A stretch of DNA of 64,000 nucleotides from Thainema sp. (GTDB lineage Bacteria; Cyanobacteriota; Cyanobacteriia; Phormidesmidales; Phormidesmidaceae). A program made the translations under genes and the position numbers. Positions 10,252 through 20,526 of the stretch are shown here, one piece after another. Under the pieces are notes generated by a model. The model made no database searches, was not told the DNA's origin, and was given only the letters and a program-made list of their open reading frames with translations. Each line of letters begins with the position of its first letter. Position 1 is the first letter of the stretch. The stretch spans positions 32,001-96,000 of the forward strand of contig JBQLZK010000014.1 of the NCBI GenBank assembly GCA_052168235.1, read 5' to 3'.

Positions 10252-11324
10252 TAAAGCCGAAAAATATCCATCAGAATCTCATGCTCCTGAACGCGTCGCT
10301 TCGGATCGGGGGAATCGTACACCACGAGCAGCCCGTCTGGTTGCTCCAAGCAGGAACAAAGCGCTAGGCCCTCGGCGTTATCCTGACCCAGGTTGAAGGG
10401 CAGCGTAAACACCAGTTCTAGATATTTAGAATCCTGGTCGGTCACGGTTTCGGTGTCGCAATTGAGCGGGTTGTGCCAGCGATAGAGCTGCATGGCCCCG
10501 GACAAGTCCATTGTGGGGCCAGCCAAAATTAGCAGATCATCATTGTGAAAGCAGAGTTCTCGAATGCCTAGACCGCCGAGATTGAAAAAGTGCTTGCGGT
10601 AGGGCTGCTTCTTGGGGCCAATGGGCTTGAGCGTCATGGTGCCCGATTCGTCGGCTTCTACTTCCAGCTCTAAGATGATGGCCCAACCGCGCAGTACTGG
10701 CCCCCGTAAGCCGAGATAGATGCGATCGCAACTTACCGCCAAGCCTTCAATATCCAGGCCATTGTCTTTGCTGGGCAACTGGCTAGACACAATTGATCCC
10801 AGATGAGCATCTTCACAGAGCGCATCCATTAGCACATTGCCCTGATCAGAGGTTTTGAGAGCGCCAGCTGCGATCGCATCATGTTTCGAATTGGGGCGAT
10901 CATACGCTTTGTACAACTTGCCATCCACAAACGGGAGCCGCATCAGCATAAAGCGATTCGCATCCGTCTTAATTTTGCTGAGGGCTTTGATATCCTTTTC
11001 AACATCTTTTCCCTTGGGCTTGCCTCGCTTCGTGCTGTGAGAACCAACCACCCACAAATACGGCTCCGAGTAGTCCATCCCCTCGATGTCGATTTCGTCC
11101 TCTAGATTAAATAAATCAATATAGTCTTTGAGGTGAACGGTTTCATGGTTGCCATAGATGCAAGGCTCGATGGGAAACAGCCTCTCCAAGGTGCGAAACT
11201 CGTCTGACCCGACCCATAAGCTGCCATCGGGCGTAAACGCAGCGGCTGAGAGTTCATTCAGCAAATCGTCGTCATCATCACCGAAGCGGAGTAGGACTCG
11301 GCTGAGCAAAAACGGATCAGGCAT
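10251..11324 (-). CDS. DUF3616 domain protein (predicted beta-propeller)
   Basis: Repeated DIEG motifs, GSHS, LGLRGP, GLGIREL, AGPT, LVVYDS. Confidence 0.8.
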   Translation of the reverse strand: MPDPFLLSRVLLRFGDDDDDLLNELSAAAFTPDGSLWVGSDEFRTLERLFPIEPCIYGNHETVHLKDYIDLFNLEDEIDIEGMDYSEPYLWVVGSHSTKRGKPKGKDVEKDIKALSKIKTDANRFMLMRLPFVDGKLYKAYDRPNSKHDAIAAGALKTSDQGNVLMDALCEDAHLGSIVSSQLPSKDNGLDIEGLAVSCDRIYLGLRGPVLRGWAIILELEVEADESGTMTLKPIGPKKQPYRKHFFNLGGLGIRELCFHNDDLLILAGPTMDLSGAMQLYRWHNPLNCDTETVTDQDSKYLELVFTLPFNLGQDNAEGLALCSCLEQPDGLLVVYDSPDPKRRVQEHEILMDIFRL

Positions 11325-11363
11325 AGGAAATAAAAAATTCAGTTCATTTAAGGGTGATATGTG

Positions 11364-11469
11364 ATGTGAAATCCGGTTGAAAACCCATTATTTATTTTTT
11401 GTGAAATGCTTGTTAAGCAAGCATTTCACAAAAAATAAACAGGGTTCTTACACACGGATTTGATATGAG
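11364..11469. repeat. Small dispersed inverted-repeat element with a long internal palindrome
   Basis: AAATCCG...CGGATTTGATATG ends around TTTATTTTTTGTGAAATGCTTG-TTAAG-CAAGCATTTCACAAAAAATAAA. Confidence 0.65.
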
Positions 11470-11684
11470 TAGTAATTTTGTCTGAGCTCCGCCCACACAA
11501 AATTACTACTTGTTAAGAATCACTCGTCTAGTTTGACAAGCGTTTAGAAATTTCGCATCTCTCTAGAGAATATTCATGACTTGCTGAATCTCCACGCTGT
11601 CTCTGAAGTAGAGCAGTATGATTGGATAGTTGGACAAGCATTCGAGCCTAAACCCTAATCCGGATGCGGTATTACCTCTAAACC

Positions 11685-12071
11685 ATGTCTAAAAAAATTT
11701 TGATTGTTGACGACGAACCCCATATCCGGATGCTGATCGAGCAAACCCTGGAGGATTTAGAAGACCAGGATGTTGAGCTGTTGTTGGCAACGAATGGTCA
11801 AGAAGCGCTGGACATCATCCGGGAAGAAGAGCCACAGTTGGTATTTCTAGACGTGATGATGCCGCAGATGAACGGGTTCGAGGTATGCCGCACCGTCAAG
11901 CATGATCTGAACCTCAGCGATATTTACATTGTTATGCTGACGGCTAAGGGGCAGGAGTTCGACAAGCAAAAGGGGCAAGAAGTCGGGGCCAATCTCTACA
12001 TGACCAAACCCTTTGACCCCGATGATTTAATTGACAAATCGATTGAGGTTTTGGGTTTAGAACCCATTTAA
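11685..12071 (+). CDS. Single-domain response regulator (CheY-like)
   Basis: ILIVDDE, FLDVMMP, LTAKG, TKPF. Confidence 0.95.
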   Translation: MSKKILIVDDEPHIRMLIEQTLEDLEDQDVELLLATNGQEALDIIREEEPQLVFLDVMMPQMNGFEVCRTVKHDLNLSDIYIVMLTAKGQEFDKQKGQEVGANLYMTKPFDPDDLIDKSIEVLGLEPI

Positions 12072-12454
12072 TTACCTTGTTCTAATGCCGCCACTCGCGA
12101 CTCTAAAGCTCTGAGATCCTCTCTCAGTTCAATGGCCAGGGTTGCCAGATTGTCGAACTGCTGGTCTAGGGACAAATATGCGCCTGAAGCGGATGGTGAT
12201 GTAGATGGTAAAGGTTGGGTAGGTTGCATGGGTTGCGATCGCGCTGTAGACGATAACCGACTCAGCTCAGCCTGCACCATTCTCAGCTCATACTCTAGGC
12301 TGTTCACTCTGGACTCCAAGCGAATATTCGCCCGACCAGGAGCTGCAATCAGAAATCCCCAGATACAGCTAGTGAGCAGGATTAATCCAATCATCCGCTG
12401 CCAAATACGAGATGATTTTGGTAGAAAACGAAAAGAACGACGATTCATAGCCAA
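12068..12454 (-). CDS. Hypothetical exported coiled-coil protein
   Basis: N-terminal hydrophobic segment, coiled-coil character. Confidence 0.65.
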   Translation of the reverse strand: MAMNRRSFRFLPKSSRIWQRMIGLILLTSCIWGFLIAAPGRANIRLESRVNSLEYELRMVQAELSRLSSTARSQPMQPTQPLPSTSPSASGAYLSLDQQFDNLATLAIELREDLRALESRVAALEQGN

Positions 12455-12497
12455 ATCATGGATTGTTGTAGCGATGTATTATGCTCGGTTTCTTCCT

Positions 12498-12636
12498 GTA
12501 GGTTGGGTTGAGCAACGCGAAACCCAACAAAGCCAACGGTTTGCCAAGTTCCTGCGTAACCTAACCCAAAAACGCCTCACGCCTTACTCCTCACGCCTCA
12601 CTTCTGTGTTGGATTGACGAAGGAGATCCAACCTAC
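12498..12636. repeat. REP/REPIN-like element (GTAGGTTGG...CCAACCTAC) containing CCTCACG repeats; overlaps the FMO stop codon
   Basis: Terminal inverted repeats beginning GTAG. Confidence 0.6.
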
Positions 12637-13997
12637 AAAACTGCCTGCTGCGGCACCGAAAGCGGCTGATTCTGAAAATCAGGGTGCTGAGCATCGACTT
12701 GATGCGCTTTTTTGACAATGCGGGGAAAAAAGCGGCGCACCAGCCAGAGCTGCCGGAAGATCTGCTGCGGGTCGGCCAAATGGGTCGTGGGTAACTTCTG
12801 CCCCAGTTCTTTAAACACTAGGCCCAGCGGCACGTTGATTTCATCCTGTAGTTTCAAGTATTCAGCAAACATCGGTGCATAGGCCGACATCAGCGACCCA
12901 ACGCCGCCCCGCGCCTGCCCCCAGCCGATGTAGTAGATGCCCTTGTAATCGGCCAAAAATGATCCGGCGTAGCACTGCACCGTTGCGCCCTTGATCCGCT
13001 GGAGTTCTGGCGGCAAAAACGGATAGGCGACGTGATAGCCTGTGGCGCAGACAATCAGATCAAACTCTTCCGCTGTACCGTCAACGAACTCGACCTGCTG
13101 ACCATTGAGCCGCTTGACGCCGGGTTTGGGCGTAATTCGCCCATGCTTGATGTAGTAGGGCACCTCATTATTCAGCGTCGGGTGCTTTTCAAAAATACGG
13201 TAGTTGGGCCGCTCCAACCCGTAGCGCTCGTGTGGGCCGAAGGTGAGCTGCACGATTCCATAAGCTAGCCAGCGCTGTAGCCGCTCTGGCATCCACCATT
13301 TGATTAAATCGGCAACGGGTTTACCTATGAACGACTTGGGAATAAACCAGACCGATTCCCGCATACTCAGCACCGATTTTGCCGCGACTCGTCCGGCCTC
13401 AGCCGCCACGTCGCAGGCCGAGTTGCCGCCGCCGATGATTAGCACTCGCTTGCCGCGTAGCTGGTCAGGATGCTTGTAGTCCTTCGAGTGGATGATTTCG
13501 CCCGCGAATTCACCGTCAAACGCTGGAAAGCGCTTGCTCCAGTGGTGACCGTTGCAGAGCAGAACGCCTTTGTAGAGCCGCTGCTCACCGTTCGCCAACA
13601 TGACGAGCCAGTGATTATTTTCGACAGGTCGGACATCTTGTACCTTGCAATTGAGCTGGATGTGCGATCGCAACTCAAAGTGATCGGCAAAGCTCCACAG
13701 ATAATCCCGCATTTGCTTGGCACTGGGAAAATCCGGGTAGTCGTCCGGCATTGGGAAGTGGGTAAACTGGGTGATTTTGCGCGACGAGATAATGTGAGCC
13801 GTGGTGTAAACGCCGTGGTACCAGTTGCCGCCGATATTGTCGCTGGCGTCAACTTGGTCGTAGGGAATGTTGGCTGCTTTCAGCGCTTGGGCCAGTCCTA
13901 AACCGACAAACCCGGCACCGATGATCAGGTGCTTGTTAGTACAGTCCTGAACTGGGCGATCCTGGAGGTGAGGGGCAACCAGGGAGCTAGTGTTCAC
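12633..13997 (-). CDS. Flavin-containing monooxygenase (FMO family)
   Basis: GAGFVG FAD motif, FxGxIIHSxDYK FMO signature, GGGNSA NADPH motif, ATGY. Confidence 0.93.
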   Translation of the reverse strand: MNTSSLVAPHLQDRPVQDCTNKHLIIGAGFVGLGLAQALKAANIPYDQVDASDNIGGNWYHGVYTTAHIISSRKITQFTHFPMPDDYPDFPSAKQMRDYLWSFADHFELRSHIQLNCKVQDVRPVENNHWLVMLANGEQRLYKGVLLCNGHHWSKRFPAFDGEFAGEIIHSKDYKHPDQLRGKRVLIIGGGNSACDVAAEAGRVAAKSVLSMRESVWFIPKSFIGKPVADLIKWWMPERLQRWLAYGIVQLTFGPHERYGLERPNYRIFEKHPTLNNEVPYYIKHGRITPKPGVKRLNGQQVEFVDGTAEEFDLIVCATGYHVAYPFLPPELQRIKGATVQCYAGSFLADYKGIYYIGWGQARGGVGSLMSAYAPMFAEYLKLQDEINVPLGLVFKELGQKLPTTHLADPQQIFRQLWLVRRFFPRIVKKAHQVDAQHPDFQNQPLSVPQQAVL

Positions 13998-14808
13998 GTT
14001 GCTGCATTCTCCGCATGATGAGGGTACTGATCCAGTTTAAGAACTGTGGCGAATATCGGAGTAAGACATAGCTACTGCGAGCCATCCGATCGGGGAAAAC
14101 GTGCAGTTTTTCGCGGGCAATGCCCTGGAGAGTGGCCGCCATCACCAGGGCCGGATCGGTCGCCATTTCGGCGGGGAAGCCCTTCATGCCCTTGGCCAGA
14201 GAGCCAAACCGCTCAGACTGCAAAATTGGTGTGCGGCTGAAGTAGGGATACACCGCTGTTACCTTGACGTTGTAGCGGGCAACTTCCTGGGCTAACCCTT
14301 CGCTGAATCCCCGCAGCCCAAACTTACTGGCTCCGTAGTGGGCCATCCCTGCCGGAGCCGTCCAGCCTGCCAGCGAGGAAATATTGACAATGTGTCCCTG
14401 TCGCCGCTTAATCATATCGGTCATAAACAGTGTACTCAGCCGCATGGGAGCCAGCAGATTCACCTGCATCAGCCGTTCCCACTTCTCGCTGGGAATTTCG
14501 TCCATTCGACCATAGAGGCCAATGCCAGCGTTGTTGATTAGGATATCCACAGGCTGATTCAGTTCTTTGACTTGCTGGTAGATGCGATCGCACCCTTCCC
14601 GCGAGGACAGATCCGCCGCTAAATAAGCAATCACCTCACCCGTTGAAACCTGGGTTTGGATTTCCTTCACCTGCTGCTGGAGGCGATCGGCATCTAGGTC
14701 GGTCAAAATTAATCGACTGCCCGCTGCCAGCAGGAGACGAATTAGCTCCTGACCAAAACCACCTGCTGCTCCCGTTAACAGTACGACTGCTCCATTAAAC
14801 TGCGTCAT
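13987..14808 (-). CDS. Short-chain dehydrogenase/reductase, overlapping the FMO start
   Basis: TGAAGGFG, NNAG, YGASK. Confidence 0.95.
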   Translation of the reverse strand: MTQFNGAVVLLTGAAGGFGQELIRLLLAAGSRLILTDLDADRLQQQVKEIQTQVSTGEVIAYLAADLSSREGCDRIYQQVKELNQPVDILINNAGIGLYGRMDEIPSEKWERLMQVNLLAPMRLSTLFMTDMIKRRQGHIVNISSLAGWTAPAGMAHYGASKFGLRGFSEGLAQEVARYNVKVTAVYPYFSRTPILQSERFGSLAKGMKGFPAEMATDPALVMAATLQGIAREKLHVFPDRMARSSYVLLRYSPQFLNWISTLIMRRMQQREH

Positions 14809-14968
14809 CTTAAACCGCCTAACCTAACAACTTTGATAAAAGCTCATTGTCTAACATGAGCCATCCAAGGTAGATGCCCCCTACCGGGTTAATTTTATTG
14901 CGCGATCGCAATATTCCAGGCTGGAGGGTTTACCATTAAAAATCTGCTCTGACGACCCCCCATGCCTC

Positions 14969-16813
14969 ATGCAGCCACTGTGGAAACAAGTACACGCCTG
15001 GACAGAAGCCGCTGTTTTTAATCTAGAGACAACCGATTTCCTGCTCCGACAAGCGACAGCTAAGCTAGCAGCGGTTTATCATGCAGACTGCTTATTATGG
15101 GCTGGTTTTGCTGCTAATCAAGGCCAGCGAAAATCGATACAGGTCTTTACGTGCGATCGCGTTGCTGAAGCGTTGCAGCAGACGGGGCAGTTCACGCTCT
15201 CCATGACGCAGCCAACGTTGATGCACAGCCCTACAGCAAGCGTTCAGGATATTACCTGCTTAACCCCCGTCCAGTTGCCTACTGTGATCCAGCAGCTCCA
15301 GCGGCAGCCCCAGCTGTTGCGTCTGCCGACTGGTGATTTAGTTGTGCCCTGGATTAGTGGCGGGCATACGGCTCTGCCCAATGTGTCTACACTCCAGTTT
15401 GTGCTTCAGCTTCAGCGTTCGCCCCGTCATCTTCCCAGTCAAAGTGCGATCGCAGATTCTGTGCCTTCTCGATTGCGCAGTTTATCCAGCATCCCCACGT
15501 CGCAGACGGCTCAATCCGGAGCTGATTTTCAATTTGATGGGAGCGCCATTGGCCAGCCAATTCGATCCGTCGAAGCGCTCAAGCCCTGGACTACAGAAGA
15601 GATTCGATCGCTAGAAATCATTGGTAAGTCGCTGATCCTGGCCTATCAGTCGCTGTTCTGGCGGGAGCGGCTGGAGCAGTCGCGGCATCGAACGGCCCTG
15701 GTGGGTCGCGTCACCCAGTTAATCAACTCTCGGCTCAATCCCAGTCAGGTAATTCAGCGCTTAGTCGATGAGCTGGGTCAAGATGTGCGCTGCGATTGCC
15801 TGGTGCTGCTGGATATGCGCGGCTCCGACGCGCGGCAACTGGCCGCATGGACGGCTAGTGATGCTGATACTGCTGAGGTGTCGGATGTGACTCAAACAGC
15901 CCGTGCGGCTGATCCGGCTGACGATAGTACGTTTGATACCACGAGTTCGACTCCACTCACCTTCCCTTCAGAACCGACAGCGCAAGCTCTCTGGCAAGAC
16001 GTGATTGATATGTTCACGCAAGGGGGCGCGTCCTATCTGGAACTGGATTTAACTCAGCCGCAGATGACGGATTTGTCCGACTGGCTCAGCCAACTGGGAG
16101 CCGTTAAAGTACTAATCGTTCCCCTGTTTGTCCAAACTGAGTTTTTTGGCTGCTTTGTGCTGCTGTCTCAACAGCCGCAGGCATCCTACCCGCTGGAGCA
16201 ACTGCAAACGATCCGTCTGGTGGCTGATCAAACTGCGATCGCACTGATCAATGCTCGCTACTACGTCAGTTCTCCCCATCAAGATGCGCTATTGTTTGCC
16301 GACTATTCCGCTCCAGACGGCAATCAGGACAGCTTGACGGGCTTATTGAATCGCCATGCCCTCAATCAAGAACTGGATAACCTGAGTACCCCCACCCTGT
16401 GGGTGATTCAGCAGCCCTTTGCCATCCTGCTGGGCGACCTAGACTATTTTCAAATGGTGAATGACACCTACGGTCACAGCATTGGCGATGAGATTTTGCA
16501 GGAGGTGGCAGAGCGAATGCGATCGCAACTCCGCCACGGCACATCTGCCTATCGCTACGGCGGCGAAGAATTTGTCATCCTGCTGCCCGATACTCTGCCG
16601 CATGCCGCACTTGATGTCGCCGAACGCCTACGACGCAGTATTCAATCCCATCCGTTTGCCACCTCCGCCGGAGACGTAAAAGTCACCATCAGCTTTGGTA
16701 TTGCCTATCAAGATCCAGCCATCGATACTGACGCATCCACCGTCATGCAGCGAGCCGAACAGGCACTAGAAATGGCCAAATACCAAGGCCGCGACTGTGT
16801 CGTCACCGTCTAA
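14969..16813 (+). CDS. GAF-GGDEF diguanylate cyclase
   Basis: GAF domain; DSLTGLLNR, DLDYFQMVNDTYGH, RYGGEEF. Confidence 0.93.
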   Translation: MQPLWKQVHAWTEAAVFNLETTDFLLRQATAKLAAVYHADCLLWAGFAANQGQRKSIQVFTCDRVAEALQQTGQFTLSMTQPTLMHSPTASVQDITCLTPVQLPTVIQQLQRQPQLLRLPTGDLVVPWISGGHTALPNVSTLQFVLQLQRSPRHLPSQSAIADSVPSRLRSLSSIPTSQTAQSGADFQFDGSAIGQPIRSVEALKPWTTEEIRSLEIIGKSLILAYQSLFWRERLEQSRHRTALVGRVTQLINSRLNPSQVIQRLVDELGQDVRCDCLVLLDMRGSDARQLAAWTASDADTAEVSDVTQTARAADPADDSTFDTTSSTPLTFPSEPTAQALWQDVIDMFTQGGASYLELDLTQPQMTDLSDWLSQLGAVKVLIVPLFVQTEFFGCFVLLSQQPQASYPLEQLQTIRLVADQTAIALINARYYVSSPHQDALLFADYSAPDGNQDSLTGLLNRHALNQELDNLSTPTLWVIQQPFAILLGDLDYFQMVNDTYGHSIGDEILQEVAERMRSQLRHGTSAYRYGGEEFVILLPDTLPHAALDVAERLRRSIQSHPFATSAGDVKVTISFGIAYQDPAIDTDASTVMQRAEQALEMAKYQGRDCVVTV

Positions 16814-16938
16814 CATGCAGCCTCTTTAAAATTCTTTGTGGCCCTGTCGCTCTCTAAAGGGCGAATGCTATTCGCCCCTACTTATCCCTCGACACTTCTA
16901 CAGCCTACCCACCCATCCACTCATCCACCCATTCACCC

Positions 16939-18381
16939 CTAAACCCCCTGACTCCGCACATACTTGCGAATCGTTGGCTGTAGCGTAAAACAGGTATTAT
17001 TATCCTGCTTGACCGTCTCAATCATTGAGCGTCGCCCTAAAGATTCCAGCGCCTGTAGCAGTTCTGACCAGGGCGCATCGGCCTGAATGCCTTGGCGAAG
17101 TTCTGATAGCGTAGCAGGCTGATCGGTGTGGCCCAGCCAGCAAATGATTTCCTTTTCCAGCTCGGATAATCGCTGAAACTGCTGGTGTAGCAGATAGCTA
17201 AAATCGCCCAGAAACAGCGTATTTTGGTCTAAAAACTCGGTGACGCTGCCGCCAAACAGCTCATGAATCGTCGTTGCAACCACCTTCAGCGCTAAGGGAT
17301 TGCCTCGATAGGGATAAATCAGTTCTTCCCAGGCTGACTCATCCGCTAATTCCCGTTCAGCCAGTAATAATTTTGCGTCAGTACCTAGACCTTTGACAAC
17401 GTGCGATCGCACAGGACTCGTTTCGCCCTCCATCACCGCCACCGTCGCCAACTTATCCCAGCTCGTCAGCAGCACACAGCTTTGGTGAGCGACCTCCCCC
17501 ATCCGCCGGAACAGATCATCATAGTCCTCATAGCCAGCTTGATAGCTACCCGCAAACTTACCTTCACTTAAGATGGCCTGCACATCCTCTAGCACCAGCA
17601 AACACCGATGCCGCTGGAGGCATTCCATTAGCTTTAGCAGTTGTCCATCCACCGAAGCGTTCTGCTCCGCCGCTTCCGACCTGCCGAGCAGAACGCTGAG
17701 GATATCTGCTAACAAATCAGTCAGCATTGGCGCATTGTGTAGCGATCGCCAAACAATATAGTCAAACTGGTCTTGCACATCATCCGCCAGCTTAGCGGCT
17801 AGCGCTGTTTTTCCAACGCCCCCAATTCCCAAGAGCGCTACCAACCGACAGCGATCCTTCAGAATCCACTGCTTCAGCATGGCTAGCTCTTGCGTCCGAC
17901 CATAAAACGCTTCTAGATTTGGCTTGCCGTCCCAACTGTACCGATTGCTTTTGCTGTCTGCGGGGGCCGTTTGCGAAGATTCGGTAACGCTACCGTGATC
18001 GGCTGGTTTGGGCACATCCAGCTTAAGTGGACTGTTGAGCCGATAACCGGCTCGCTCCATCAAGATTGCAACCCGGCTCCAGTCCTTAACCCGTGCCTGC
18101 TGCTCTGCATGACGCATCAAAAATTCTTCAATGTAACGGTAAAGACCCTTGGACAAATAATTACGGACGGTGTCACTGGCTACATGGCATCGTTCAGCAA
18201 TCTCATTTGGACTGTATCCACAGAGTAATCCCCGTAAATACTGCTTCTCAACGGGAGTCAGTCCTTTACCTTTGGCTGAACCTAAATCGGTGTACAGCCG
18301 TTCCAAGTTCCAAAGTTCAGCTGCTTCAGCAAATTCAAGATCGGGTGAGCCTGTGGATGGAGCCATGAGCGATCGAGCCAC
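16939..18381 (-). CDS. N-terminal HTH plus NB-ARC (STAND) ATPase lacking a C-terminal repeat sensor
   Basis: HTH LRGLLCGYSPNEIAE; FYGRTQEL, Walker A GIGGVGKT, Walker B LLVLED, GNPLAL, winged helix, then stop. Confidence 0.88.
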   Translation of the reverse strand: MARSLMAPSTGSPDLEFAEAAELWNLERLYTDLGSAKGKGLTPVEKQYLRGLLCGYSPNEIAERCHVASDTVRNYLSKGLYRYIEEFLMRHAEQQARVKDWSRVAILMERAGYRLNSPLKLDVPKPADHGSVTESSQTAPADSKSNRYSWDGKPNLEAFYGRTQELAMLKQWILKDRCRLVALLGIGGVGKTALAAKLADDVQDQFDYIVWRSLHNAPMLTDLLADILSVLLGRSEAAEQNASVDGQLLKLMECLQRHRCLLVLEDVQAILSEGKFAGSYQAGYEDYDDLFRRMGEVAHQSCVLLTSWDKLATVAVMEGETSPVRSHVVKGLGTDAKLLLAERELADESAWEELIYPYRGNPLALKVVATTIHELFGGSVTEFLDQNTLFLGDFSYLLHQQFQRLSELEKEIICWLGHTDQPATLSELRQGIQADAPWSELLQALESLGRRSMIETVKQDNNTCFTLQPTIRKYVRSQGV

Positions 18382-18590
18382 CTGATATAAGGAGCAATTT
18401 GTTAACGATTTTACCCAATCTTCAACTCAGAGAACTTTGGTGTTCATCACACGACATCAAGCTGGAATGCATGTAACCAAAACCTTTGCCTGCAATCCTT
18501 TTGACGTTTGGTTGATCGTTGCTGCCCACACTACACCCAACGCGGCTGCGTTTTTTACCCACGCCTCATCTTAATCATCACGTCAGAATT

Positions 18591-18649
18591 ACCCACACAA
18601 TGCCCCATAGCTGTGTGGCGACTCAGCCCCCTTGCGCTGGATATTCTGA
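18591..18649 (+). promoter_or_regulatory. Upstream block conserved between the two RTX genes (copy 1)
   Basis: Ungapped 37/59 match to 20417-20475, including AATGCCC, CTGTGTG and TGGATAT..TGA. Confidence 0.6.
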
Positions 18650-18728
18650 GGACAGTTAAGCAAAAGCGCTGGTCTACAGCGCGAACAAGAAACCCCCTAA
18701 TTGTTCATTCACCTACAGGTAAACACTC

Positions 18729-19874
18729 ATGGCTAATCTATACGGAACCTTTTTGGGCGATGTTCTCGATGCGATCGCATATGGCAACAGCAACGACAAC
18801 CTCTATGGCTACGCTGGTAACGATACACTCTACGGTTGGGATGGTGACGACAATCTCTATGGCCACGGTGGAGATGACACACTTTATGGCGAGAGCGGCA
18901 ATGACTATCTGAACGGCGGCACCGGGGCCGATTATATGAGCGGTGGTTATGGTAATGACACCTATGTTGTTGATAACGTTGGTGACACCGTTTATGAATT
19001 CGCTGGCGGCGGCATTGATACCGTTGAGTCTTCTATCAGCTACACCCTAGGCAACTATGTTGAGAATCTGACCCTCATGGGTTCTGCCTATTCCGGATAT
19101 GGCAACGCCCTAGATAACGTTATCAAAGGCAACGATTACGCTAACTATCTCTTCGGCGATAACGGCAACGATACGATCTATGGCTATGGTGGTAATGACT
19201 TTATTGACGGCTGGAGTGGCGATGACTCGCTCTATGGCGGCGACGGCAACGACACGATGTATGGCTACTATGGCAATGACTACATTAACGGTGGTAATGG
19301 CAACGACTCACTCTATGGTGAAGCGGGTAACGATACGCTAGATGGCTTGTATGGTGATGACTATATCAGCGGTGGTGCTGGTGATGACTCGCTGCTCGGC
19401 TACTACGGTAATGATGATTTATATGGCGGTAATGGCGCTGATAAGCTTTATGGTGAGGCGGGTGATGATTATCTCAATGGTGGAGCGGGTAACGATTCCC
19501 TCAGTGGCGGTTCTGGCTCTGATGATTTAGTTGGTGGCGATGGAAATGATGTCCTAACTGGCTACGGCTTCACGGCGTCTGAATACGATTCAATGACAGG
19601 TGGAGCCGGGGCCGATACGTTCGTTTTGGGCAGTGCCTACAGTGCTTATTACCAGTCTTCTAGTTACGAATTTGGCTACGCCACCATTGAAGACTTCAAC
19701 TATGCAGAAGGCGATAAAATCCAGGTTTATGGTTCGCACAGCGACTACACCGTTACAGATATTGGTAGTGATGCGTACATCTACCACAACTCCAATTCGT
19801 CCGATTTAGTTGCGATTGTAGTTGGCGGTGCTGGAGTGAATTTAATTCCTTCCGTTGATTTTGTCTCAGCTTAA
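18729..19874 (+). CDS. RTX (hemolysin-type) calcium-binding repeat protein
   Basis: Many GGxGxDxLx nonapeptides, no signal peptide, C-terminal ADTFVLG..IEDF T1SS-type tail. Confidence 0.93.
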   Translation: MANLYGTFLGDVLDAIAYGNSNDNLYGYAGNDTLYGWDGDDNLYGHGGDDTLYGESGNDYLNGGTGADYMSGGYGNDTYVVDNVGDTVYEFAGGGIDTVESSISYTLGNYVENLTLMGSAYSGYGNALDNVIKGNDYANYLFGDNGNDTIYGYGGNDFIDGWSGDDSLYGGDGNDTMYGYYGNDYINGGNGNDSLYGEAGNDTLDGLYGDDYISGGAGDDSLLGYYGNDDLYGGNGADKLYGEAGDDYLNGGAGNDSLSGGSGSDDLVGGDGNDVLTGYGFTASEYDSMTGGAGADTFVLGSAYSAYYQSSSYEFGYATIEDFNYAEGDKIQVYGSHSDYTVTDIGSDAYIYHNSNSSDLVAIVVGGAGVNLIPSVDFVSA

Positions 19875-19919
19875 CTTGCTAAACTGTGAGACTGTCTAAC
19901 GATGCATTTGCATCTTAAT

Positions 19920-19958
19920 AAAAGAGGTTTCGGTCGCAAGTATACCGAAACCTCTTTT
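19920..19958 (+). terminator. Intrinsic terminator after RTX gene 1
   Basis: AAAAGAGGTTTCGGT...ACCGAAACCTCTTTT hairpin. Confidence 0.8.
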
Positions 19959-20416
19959 GCTCTGTTTGTTGATCGTTAGGTATGCGGATAGTGATATTCC
20001 TGCAATATTTTTGTTGTGTGTGTACCGTCCACATAACGAAAAATTGTTGCCATTTGAGGACTACCGCTATTCGATACCCCATATAAAAATAGTCACATTA
20101 GTTAGGACGGTGGAACGCCCTGAAAACGCTCAAATGTTGGAGATTTGACTTTGTAAATGTCTCGACCAAAGTGGCGACGGTTGCATTATGTCCTTTGAAA
20201 ATCAAGGCTCTAGAGAAGAATATGATGCTTTTATGGTTACAGATTTTCTGCCCGTATCCCTGAATTTATCCTATTTGGAAAGGGCATCTAAAACGATTTA
20301 TATTCATCGCAAAGGTTGAGTATTTTGGCGAAATTTTAGGTGCTTTTTATGGGCAAATTAGCCGCCAAGGTTTTACCCATATTTTTACCAATGGGGCTCT
20401 CATCAAAACGCAGTAA

Positions 20417-20475
20417 ACCAACGAAATGCCCAATGCCTGTGTGATGTCCTACGGCTACTTCCTTGGATATCTTGA
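20417..20475 (+). promoter_or_regulatory. Upstream block conserved between the two RTX genes (copy 2)
   Basis: Ungapped match to 18591-18649. Confidence 0.6.
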
Positions 20476-20526
20476 ACTTAAGTTCGATTAGAACATTGTT
20501 CATTCATCTACTACAGGAAATTAGTC

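Noticed and set aside
16939..18381. Frameshifted NB-ARC-WD40 pseudogene or Avs anti-phage system
   Set aside because: No WD40/TPR remnant follows the stop (a convergent gene ends about 125 bp away) and there is no nuclease-type effector
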